NCBI GenBank assembly: GCA_002269645.1 | Contig: NIVC01000933.1 | Span: forward strand, 65,841-129,840 | Direction: 5' to 3' | Length of the DNA stretch: 64,000 bases | Source of the DNA: Macrostomum lignano | Taxonomy: Eukaryota | Shown: positions 26,150 through 36,816 of the stretch, piece after piece | Layout of the letters: every line of letters starts with the position of its first letter | How positions within the stretch are numbered: position 1 is the first letter of the stretch | The notes under the pieces: model-generated | Database searches by the model: none | The model's input: only the letters and a program-made list of their open reading frames with translations | Told to the model about the DNA's origin: nothing | Position numbers and translations under genes: made by a program

Positions 26150-26510
26150 AAATGATCCTAATTAAATACACCCCACGCCAATACATCCATAAATGGTCTT
26201 ACACCCGTGTCTATCAGGTTAATGATCCTAATTACACCCGTGTTTCTCAGGTGAATGGTCATAATTACACCCGTGTCTATCAGGTGAATGGTCCTAATTA
26301 AAAACACCATGCCAATACATCCATAAATGGTCTTACACCTATGTCTATCAGGTGAATGGTCATAATTACACCCGTGTTTATCAGGTGAATGGTCATAATT
26401 ACACCCGTGTCTATCAGGTGAATGGTCATAATTACACCCGTGTCTATCAGGTGAATGGTCATAATTACACCCGCGTCTATCAGGTGAATGCTCATAATTA
26501 CACCCGCACC
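26150..26510. repeat. 33-bp tandem repeat
   Basis: Unit GTGTCTATCAGGTGAATGGTCATAATTACACCC. Confidence 0.9.
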
Positions 26511-26838
26511 TACATGTACATGAATCATGTGAAAGAACTTTAATTTAAACTGCGCTTAGCACAGGAAAATGTAATTAAATCCAAAAACCTTTTGAACCGA
26601 GAAAAATAGAAAAGTTACCTTTGAACTACTTGACTGCACTAAACAACAAACGAGTGCAATTGTTCATCTCAGCGGCCATTTTATCCCCAAATCCTCTTTA
26701 ATTAGTGTCGTCAAAACCCCATTGGCTGAGATGCGACACCAGGACGCCAGGGCAAGAGTCTATAAAATGAGCACTTTAATCAATCATGCATTGTTGCCCT
26801 GCGAGCCAACTTCTGTAATGCGATATTCAAAAATCATC

Positions 26839-27458
26839 ATGTCTACAGCTACAGATACAAGCTTTAAAAACGTTACCATAGCAACCAGTGATCAAGTTTT
26901 AAGCGAAGTAACAGCGAATCTATTCATAGCGTGGCTAAGCGTAGCCATGGCGATTGGCGTCGTTAGCAACCTGATAGTCTTAGCAACGATTCTGGCCTCC
27001 AAGAGCTCGTCGATTCGCACTGCCAGTGGATTTGCATTCGTGGCAAGCCAGGCCATTGTGGACCTGCTGGTGCTGGTCATTGCTGCTCCCGAGATGGCAG
27101 TCTGCTTGTCGCGCGACTGTCTCGTCGAGCTGGGAGGCGGCGCTGGAATGTCAGGTTGCCAGGCTCTGGGATTCGCTGTGATGCAGCTGCTGGAGTGCAG
27201 CCTGTGCGGCACCGCTCTGCAGGCTGTCAGTCGCTACCTGCTGATTGCTGGCAGCGCTGGCGGCGGGCAGCGGACGTTCCTGAAAGTGTTCGGCAGTCGT
27301 CGGGCTCTGGCTGGTTGGCTGGCCGCGGTCTGGTTGCTGCCGGCTGGGCTTGCAGCGCCTCCCCTGCTGGGATTCGGGAGGTTCGATCTGCTTTGTGTCC
27401 TGTTTGTGTGGGGAGTTCTTAGCTGAACTACTGATGGGGAATCGCGTTGAGGGATAGC

Positions 27459-27533
<75 letters not shown>

Positions 27534-28541
27534 GAGACAGAGAGAGAGGTAAGGATAGTGGTAGGTGACGGACAGAGGTAGACAAGGATAGAGAGAGGTT
27601 GCGATAGTGGTAGGTGACAGAGATAGAGAAGGACAGAGAGAGGTTGGGATAGTGGTAGTGATGGAGGTAGACAAGGATAGAGAGAGAGAGGTAGGGATAT
27701 TGGTAGGTGACGAACGGAGGTAGACAGGGATAGAGAGAGAGGTAGGGATAATGATAACTGATGGAGGTAGACAAGGATAGCGAGAGGTAGGTAGCTTGGA
27801 TATTGGTAGTTGGTAGGTGACGGAGGTAGACAAGAATAGAGAGAGAGGTAGGGATAGTGGTAGGTGACGGAGGTAGACAAGGATAGAGAGAGAGGTAGGG
27901 ATAGTGGTAGGTGACGGAAGTAAACAAGGATAGAGAGAGAAAGGTAGGGATAGTGAGTTGACAGAGGTAGACAAGGATAGAGAGAGACGTAGAGATGTGG
28001 AGAGGCAGAGAATCGATAGAAAGAGAAGACCACGGTGAAGCAACTCCAGTAAAGAATATCTAACAAGCAGAACGCCGAAAATTCATACAGGTACGCGTAC
28101 AACTCAGCATTCGGCACCTGCTTGTTCGCCTGGGCAGACAAACTGAGCTACTATTACGTACTGGTATTCGGCTGTCTGGCCGTCGGTTTGCCCTCAATCG
28201 CGACTTCCCTCGGTAGCTATGTGGGGATTTTCCTCACGTTCCATCGGTCCAGAATGAGATCGATGGAAACTGGAAATAATGCTTCATCAAACGAATCCAG
28301 TCGTCTAGCCCGCAGTCTGTTCGTCACCTGGTGCTGCTTTCCAATTCTGTGGGGTCCGGTGATTCTGGTCACCCTGATTGGCGGTCTGGGGCAGCCTGCT
28401 GTACCTGTGCCTGTTACCCGAGCTCTGTTTCTCATGGCCCTCAGCAACAGCGCCGCTAATCCGGCTATTCTGCTGGCGATGAACAGCAGACTGAGAGACG
28501 AATTCTTAGCGCTGATCGGCCGGTCAGGGACTGCACGATGA
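26839..28541 (+). CDS. Orphan class A (rhodopsin-like) GPCR, 2 exons; melatonin/Tre1/Moody-like character
   Basis: Exons ~26839-27380 and 28091-28541 join as GFGR|YAYNSAFGTCLF; 7 hydrophobic segments; SN in TM1, D in TM2, SRY at DRY site, WGP in TM6, NSAANP in TM7. Start codon uncertain (26767/26818/26839; TATAAA at 26761). Confidence 0.85.
27455..28010. repeat. (GA)n plus degenerate GA-rich ~45-bp repeat in GPCR intron
   Basis: Direct reading. Confidence 0.85.
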
Positions 28542-28719
28542 GCTATCTATTTATGATCTGTCCGTGATCTAAATTACAACGCTAGACGGAGACTGAGAGG
28601 GTAGAAAGAGAGAGAGGGAGAGAGGAAGATACTAGAGACAAAACAGATGCACAAGAGATGGGAGAGACTGGAGAGAAACAACAAAGAAATCTACGAGTGT
28701 CAGACTCTAAAGAGAGGCA

Positions 28720-29830
28720 AATTTGAGTAGAGACACAGTGAGATTTGAGTAGAGACACAGTGAGATTTGAGTAGAGACACAGTGAGATTTGAGTAGAGAC
28801 ACAGTGAGATTTGAGTAGAGACACAGTGAGACTTGAGTAGAGACACAGTGAGACTTGAGTAGAGAGACAGTGAGATTTGAGTAGAGACACAGTGAGATTT
28901 GAGTAGACAGTGAGACTTGAGTAGAGACACAGTGAGATTTGAGTAGAGACACAGTGAGACTTGAGTAGAGACACAGTGAGACTTGAGTAGAGAGACAGTG
29001 AGATTTGAGTAGAGACACAGTGAGATTTGAGTAGACAGTGAGACTTGAGTAGAGACACAGTGAGATTTGAGTAGAGACACAGTGAGACTTGAGTAGAGAC
29101 ACAGTGAGACTTGAGTAGAGAGACAGTGGATTTGAGTAGAGACACAGTGAGATTTGAGTAGACAGTGAGATTTGAGTAGAGACACAGTGAGATTTGAGTA
29201 GAGATACAGTGAGATTTGAGTAGACAGTGAGATTTGAGTAGACAGTGAGATTTGAGTAGAGACACAGTGAGATTTGAGTAGAGACACAGTGAGATTTGAG
29301 TAGACAGTGAGATTTGAGTAGAGACACAGTGAGATTTGAGTAGAGATACAGTGAGATTTGAGTAGACAGTGAGATTTGAGTAGAGACACAGTGAGATTTG
29401 AGTAGAGACACAGTGAGACTTGAGTAGAGACACAGTGAGACTTGAGTAGAGAGACAGTGGATTTGAGTAGAGACACAGTGAGATTTGAGTAGACAGTGAG
29501 ATTTGAGTAGAGACACAGTGAGATTTGAGTAGAGATACAGTGAGATTTGAGTAGACAGTGAGATTTGAGTAGAGACACAGTGAGATTTGAGTAGACAGTG
29601 AGATTTGAGTAGAGACACAGTGAGATTTGAGTAGACAGTGAGATTTGAGTAGAGACACAGTGAGATTTGAGTAGACAGTGAGATTTGAGTAGAGACACAG
29701 TGAGATTTGAGTAGAGACACAGTGAGACTTGAGTAGAGACACAGTGAGACTTGAGTAGAGACACAGTGAGACTTGAGTAGAGACACAGTGAGACTTGAGT
29801 AGAGACTGCAGTGAGATTTGACTACAAAGT
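28720..29830. repeat. 22/16-bp tandem repeat (GAGATTTGAGTAGAGACACAGT)n
   Basis: Direct reading; explains the SLLKSHCVSTQ ORFs. Confidence 0.95.
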
Positions 29831-30331
29831 GAGATTTGAGTAAAGAAACAGTTAGAGTTGTCACAGACGCATAGAGAGAAGCTTAAAAGGTTGCATTACC
29901 ATATTTGAAAGAGCAGGTAAATTTGGGCTAACAATTTTGCGAGCGACACAACTTGTGTCAGACACACGAGCTAGGCTGGGTGAGGAATGATGGAAAAAGG
30001 AGTACGTGAGGCTGTATGGACTTAACGCTGCTCTTCATCTACACACAGACACATACACACACCATTGTTTGCAAATCAACATTTTTTAATCTTTTTCACA
30101 ACAAAAAACGGTTAAAATGTGCATCTAAGCTACTGAACTTTGACCAATGTGAGTAGGAACTTCCGTTTATTTTCGGCACTAATATGAAGCGTCAAGAGCA
30201 GTTGCATTCTAGCAATTGTGTCATGTCCTTTTGATGAAATTTGCTTGAATTGAGTAACTTTGTGGGATGTCTCGCTGTACGATCGGAACGTACAATAACA
30301 GAAGGTAAGAAATTCTCATTGAGGACTTCTA

Positions 30332-31116
30332 CACCTTTTTACCTTCTATTTTTAAAATCTGCACTCAATATTGACATTTTTGCATTCAATTTTGACAGTC
30401 TGTGGCATCGATGATCAGTTTGCCAAGTTGTATTACGTTCTGTATGGCAGGTCCGCGATTCAACGCCAAAGTTAGCGACGACGACAGGAAGCCGGTTAAC
30501 CCAGTAATTAACCGGTTAATATTACTGCCCATGAGAATGGTGGTGAATTTTTTCACCTGGCTCGTACCTTGTGGATCAAAAGAACCACAGCGTATGCCGT
30601 TGTTAGGAGTGGACGAGTAGAAAAGCTGCCAAATGGAAATCAGACGTTCGATCAGCTCGTTCAGATCAGATTCAATCAGGACATGCTGGCGTTCATGAAG
30701 AACTCGATTGAGACAAATCCCAATATTGCTCTGGCAAGGACCTGGGATCAGCGAACACTCGCCGGGGCGATTGGCCAGGATCTGAGCTATAGTTGCCACT
30801 TTTGGATGCACTCAGTCAAAAATGGATGCACATGCAAGTTTTGTTCCATAGACGGCGAGACAAAGGCACTATTTTGTAACCCAGTGTCAAAATTGAATGC
30901 ACTTTGTCAAAATTGGTTGTTTAATTGTTTAATAATTGTAAAATTGTTTAATAAAGGTTGGAGCTCGTCATTTTCGGTTGAAATTTGTCACTATTGCATT
31001 TGGGTTTGTCAAAATAGGTTGAACATTTCTACAAGCGATGGCACAGACTGTCAAAATTGAATGCCAAGATGTCAATATTGAGTGCAGATTTAAAAAAAAA
31101 TAGAAGGTAAAAGGTG
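30332..31116 (+). mobile_element. IS630/Tc1-type deletion derivative retaining the N-terminal HTH region
   Basis: ~80-bp TIRs (30332-30410 / 31036-31116, CACCTTTT(T)ACCTTCTATTTTT...), TA on both sides; frameshifted ORF KVSDDDR..ITAHENGGEFFHLARTLWIKRTTAYAVVRSGR...FMKNSIETNPNI, resembling Tc1/IS630 N-termini. Confidence 0.8.
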
Positions 31117-32374
31117 TAGTGGTGCTTGCAGGTCGTGGTGACAGCAGTCCGCATCTGACTCAGTTTTGATGCCTTATTAGCCAGACAAGGACGCTGCTCT
31201 GGGTTTTCTTAGAAATGAGCTGTCGTATCACATTTAGTATGCTGACTAGCCATTTAGCCCCCCCCCCCGGGTCAAGAAAAATTCTGGAGATCATGAGAAA
31301 TGCACCGCTTACGAAATTTGAAATTAGAATACGAAAAATTCTCGACATTTGCGCACTGACCCTTGAAATCATTATTCATGCAGTGCAATAAATAACACAT
31401 AGAACGTTTAACAAAAGACTCACTAGTAGAGCCAGTAGAGGACGCACATCTATAATGCGATATTTCTGATGCGCGTTCCTTTCGAAGAAGTCCAGTTGTC
31501 CTTTGAAGAGGTCCAGTTACTGAAATACAAATCAAGCCTCGTAGCGCCCTGTACGAAGCGTGATTTACAAGCTTAAATAACCGGCGTTACGTTCGTTACT
31601 ACGAGTATAAGCAGAACGGAACGATCAATTGACGGAGGTGGCCTCTCTTGTCCTATCGAATAAAATTCAGTAAAAAGGCTGCTCAAACCGTCAAACTCGA
31701 GAAAATGGAGCAAATTTGCCTTTTTTCAGCTGTCTCTATAATACGAGCCAGATTTTTCTTGTCTCAAAATTGTCTGCGTTAAAAATTCTTCGTGTTACGA
31801 ACTTTATTGCATCATTAGACGCCGGAATTGTACATGGGATTATCGAATTTTTTACTCGGCATCAAAATTTTTAGGAGGCTCTTTGTTCTAAACTGCAATT
31901 GTTTTGCATGTGTTTTTCAAAAAGTTAAGACTACATAAACTCATAAGACATCATTGCCAATTGCCTGCGACAAAGTCGGTGCATGATTAATTCAGGACAT
32001 TGTCGCGTCCTTAATTTGTTAATTTATTGGTCAAAGTCGAACAGAGGTTGCCTCGATACTCAATAGTGCAAGCAAAAAGTGCAAGCAGCTCTTTAGTTTC
32101 CGACTCTATTGGTTTGCTCAAAGACAGATCTAAGCTGGTATTGGTTTGAACTCTTGGAATTGGGATAGGCGCTGGGAACACAAAATATTCTTGGGACTCT
32201 GTGATATTTTTTTTGACTCGATTTGACTTGAAGCGCTGCAGAACCAACAAAAATTCTGGACAAAAAACTTTACTGAGAATTGGATAAAACACTTTGCAAA
32301 GTCTAGACAACTGCAGCGATTCTGGGACTTGTTAATTCGATACGTGAGTCCAGTATTGCGTTCGAGTGAGCTGC

Positions 32375-35008
32375 TCAAAACTCGATGAAGTCCTCCGGCT
32401 GGTCAGCGTAGAACTCGTTGGCCTCGTCCTCGAATCCGGGCATGTCGATCCCGCTGGCGGCTCGCTCGCCGTTCAAAAGCATCTGGTTCATCATGCGGTC
32501 CATGCGGTCCATCTCGCGGTTCATCTCGCGGAACACTCGTTCTGTGCCGGGCACGGTAGCAGAGGCGGCCATCACGCTAGACGGGGCCAGGTCCCACAGC
32601 TCACCGCTGGTGTAGCACATCCTGCTGCCGTCCTTGCCGACGTCGTCAGCTCGAATCCAGTACATCATGTAGAAGTTGCACATCTCGTCCTTCTGGGTAG
32701 CGCCGATGCTCACGTCCTTGTCGCCGGTGTTCTCCATGACGCACTTGGCCGCCAGCATGTCGCCAGGCCTGATGACGCCGCTGCCGTTCACCGGGTAGAA
32801 CATTTGGGGCATCTGCGGATTGGCCGAACCGATGAGGCTCCAGTGGCCGTCGCGGACGCGGTAGCCGCTCACCACGCGACCGTGACTGTGCGTGTGCGTG
32901 CGGAAAGCGAACGGGTGCAGTGTGGTCTGGCCGTCGTAACTGCAGCTCGTCTCCATGTGCGTCACCGAGTGCGCCGGGATGACACCGTCAGTTAGTGAGA
33001 TGTGTACACCGCCGAGTTTCGGCGACGGAGTTGTCTGGTAGGTCATTTTCACGCCGGAGTTGTCCTTCAGGCTGGGGTTCTTGACGAAATCGGAGGCCTG
33101 CGTTTGGGGATAGGTTGATTTTTTCTCATACTTGATGTCTCTCTTATCTCTGAATAGTGTTCCTCCATGATCTTTGATGCGTCCCTCTACAATCCTTGAT
33201 GCGTCCCTCTACGATCTTTGATGTGTCCTTCTACGATCCTTGATGCGTCCCTCTACGATCTTTGATGTGTCCTTTTACAATCCTTGATGCGTCCCTCTAC
33301 GATCTTTGATGTGTCCTTCTACAATCCTTGATGCGTCCCTCTACGATCTTTGATGTGTCCTTCTACGATCTTGGATGTGTCCTTCTACGATCTTGGATGT
33401 GTCCCTCTACATCTTTGATGCGTCCCTCTACGATCATTGATGTGTCCCTCTACGATATTTGATGTGTCCTTCTACAATCCTTGATGCGTCCCTCTACGAT
33501 CTTGGATGTGTCCCTTCTACGATCTTTGATGTGTCCCTCTACGATCTTGAATGTGTCCCTTCTACGATATTTGATGAGTCCCTCTACAATCCTTGATGCG
33601 TCCCTCTACGATCTTTGATGTGTCCCTCTAAGATATTTGTTGTGTCCCTCTACGATCTTTGATGTGTCCCTCTACGATCTTTGATGTGTCCCTCTACGAT
33701 CTTGAGGTGTCCCTCTACGATCTTTGATGTGGCCCTCTACGATCTTGATGTGTCCCTCTACGATCTTGATGTGTCCCTCTACGATCTTGATGTGTCCCTC
33801 TACGATCTTGATGTGTCCCCCTACGATCTTTGATGTGTCCCTCTACGATCTTGGATGTGTCCCTCTACGATCTTTGATGTGTCCCTCTACGATCTTGAAT
33901 GTGTCCCTTCTACGATATTTAATGAGTCCCTCTACAATCCTTGATGCGTCCCTCTACGATATTTGATGTGTCCCTCTACGATCTTTGATGTGTCCCTCTA
34001 CGATCTTTGATGTGTCCCTCTACGATCTTAATGTGTTTCTCTACGATCTTGGATGTGTCCCTCTACGATCTTTGATGTGTCCATCTACGATCTTGATGCG
34101 TCCCTCTACGATCTTTGATGTGTCCCTCTACGATCTTTGATGTGTCCCTCTACGATATTTGTTGTGTCCCTCTACGATCTTGATGTGTCCCTCTACGATC
34201 TTTGATGTGGCCCTCTACGATCTTGATGTGTCCCTCTACGATCTTGATGTGTCCCTCTACGATCTTGATGTGTCCCTCTACGATCTTTGATGTGTCCCTC
34301 TACGATCTTGATGTGTCCCTCTACGATCTTGATGCGTCCCTCTACGATCTTTGATGTGTCCCTCTACGATCTTGGATGTGTCCCTCTACATCTTTGATGC
34401 GTCCCTCTACGATCTTGATAAGTTTCTTTACTCAGATTTTAATCTTTTCTCTTTGATGTGTGTCTTAACGATCTTCGACATTTGCTTTCTAACGTCGAAT
34501 AACATTTCAAAAGACTCACCTTCTTATAGTGCACCTGCACGACTAGCCAGGGCAGGTCGAAGCCGGGCCCAACGCCAAAAGTCACACCGTCGGGCAGCTG
34601 CAGAGCTGGAGCGTCCATGGCGTAGGCGTAGATGATGCGGGTGTCGCTGGCGCACTGAGGCGCCTGCTTGTAGGTTTTACCGCCGGTAGCTCCCTCCGAC
34701 TTGGTGAGCATCTCGCCGCAGCTCCAGACTTTCTCGGTGGCCGAGCCGGGCTCCTTGCAGGCGGTCAGGATGATGTGGTGAGCGTGTCCGGACTGATGCT
34801 GCGGATTGAAGGCCCGGATGTAGCGGTTCTTGTCCAGTTTCACAGCCGTGCACAGGTAGGTGTCCTCCTGCTTGGGCGACACGCCCGGCATCAGAAGGTC
34901 CATGACGCTGCTGTCGCTGGCGGCCGGTGCCGAAGCCACCGAGGTCAGCACCAGCGGCATCGCCAGCAGCGAGCACACGGCCGCAATGTTCACTAGTAGA
35001 GGCGTCAT
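32375..35008 (-). CDS. PHM: Peptidylglycine alpha-hydroxylating monooxygenase (monofunctional PHM), 2 exons, 403 aa
   Basis: Exons 35008-34520 and 33097-32375; signal peptide; CuH ligands HAHH and VQVHY; CuM ligands RTHTHSHG and DEMCNFY; no PAL domain or TM before the stop. Confidence 0.95.
33165..34415. repeat. 21-23-bp minisatellite in PHM intron
   Basis: Unit GATGTGTCCCTCTACGATCTTT. Confidence 0.95.
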
Positions 35009-36816
35009 GCGCAAGGTAATTGGCCTCTGTAATATGTTGGGCCGTGTGTGTAATGTTAGATAAGTGCTGCAATATATAGAGTTTTATACAGCCGTATTTA
35101 TCTTCAACTGTAGCGTCTTATCAGCTGACTCCATAGACAGATAGAAATGTAGATTCCTACATGCGCTCGCGAGATTAAAAGCTTACCTTCTAAAAACTTT
35201 ATGTTCAAGTTCCGACTTCAGCAGTAGGAAACAATCGGAGCGGTAGGTGCGCGCTGTGCTCTCAAGCAGAAACCTGTACAGTCGGTTTCAGCTGAAAAAT
35301 TTCGGAATAGAATTAAGCAGCGGATAAGCGAAGGGAAGGGCAACTCCTGGTGCAGCGGCTTTTGTGGATTTTGGCGGGGTTGGCTCGGGTGGAGAGGATG
35401 CTTGCACAGCGTATGCCTCTTCGACAGTGAGGAGCTCCCAGTATTGAGAGAGGGGGGAGAAGCACTGAGTGAGCTCCTTCTCCTTTGCCTCCTGCATCCC
35501 AGTCCAGCTTCCCAAATCTCTCTCCGGCCTCAGATCGATAAATTTCTCTTATCTCGGGATGTGGGGGGGGGGGGAGAAGGGAGGAGCCGCGACTGCAGGG
35601 ACTTCCGCCGACGGCGGGAGGGCAGGGACGGGGGGCGATTGACACGAACGGCCTTAGTAGCATGGGAGAACTTCGCCCGATCGGGATGGGATGGGAAGAC
35701 TTGGGGATTGAGGATGAGAATGGAATGAGGAAGGCTGTTCTCCTCTCGGCTCTCTCTTTCTCTCTGCCCCTCCTCTGCGTCCCTGGGGAGCAGTTGCCAC
35801 GCCAACCTTTCGGCCTCATCTCCCACAGCCTCCTCTCCTTCATCACCTAACTCTCGCCCCGTCCCGAGTGCTCCGCTCTCTCTCTCCCCCCACTCTTCCC
35901 GTGTCTCTCATCTCAGCCCAAATATGGAGAACAAAAAATGGAAAGTAATGTAACAGGAGAGGCATGGCGGGGTTCCGCCCAAAAATCTACCTAGCAACCA
36001 TATAGATAATTTGCGAGGCAAGCAACGAGGATTAGAGACGAGTCGTATTTGATGTGCTCTCGGTTCTCTAGCACACGCTCATGGACTTCTAAGCCTAGAG
36101 CTTGGAGAGGAAATCTAGTATTCAAAATCATGTATTCAAGAATATTTGTTAGTCAAGACAGAAAATCAATAAGAATGAAGCCAGAAAAAAGCCCAAGGAG
36201 TTTGAAAGTTCTAGGAATCTGGCGATGCTCTAGTCTAACTATCATGGTGTACTAAAATTAGACTCTGGAAAGGGTTCTCTTCATATTTCTATTCCGAAAT
36301 GCTACCCGAAAAGACCCCGATCCCGAATCATAGAATTTCTTGACCTGGAGTTGTCCAGCGCAAAGAATTAGCTTTTGAAAACCCTCTTTGAAAGGTTCTA
36401 AAGATGAAACCAGCTAATTACAACTATATAAGTTGGCTAAGCGGGACACAGAAAAATGAAATAAAATGAATATGATTTATGATTTTGTAGAAAAAAATCT
36501 TTGAAGAAGTAATAAGTTTCGTAGAAAAAATTAAACAAAAAACAATACAAAATTATAAGTGAACAAAGGATGTAGGCAACATCGCAACAATAATATCACA
36601 GTAATATCACAAAAAATAGAAAATAAAACTCGATAAATTTTTCTACAGTTGCTACTTACAGTAAGCAGAATGAATATCTTTAATACCAACAAGAACGCAA
36701 AAAAGTGCTGCATAGGTATTCAACTCACCAAAATCGCATGCCGCAAACTAAAAGTACATTTTATCACCTTTATTAAAAATATAATCGATCGGTCCAATTT
36801 TCTGACCTTAGGAATA

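Noticed and set aside
28091-28541. Opsin identity for the GPCR
   Set aside because: No retinal-binding Lys in TM7 (MALSNS).
35300-35900. Purine/pyrimidine-skewed block with several 70-180-aa ORFs upstream of PHM
   Set aside because: No recognisable domain, termini or TSD; could be a repeat remnant but unsupported.
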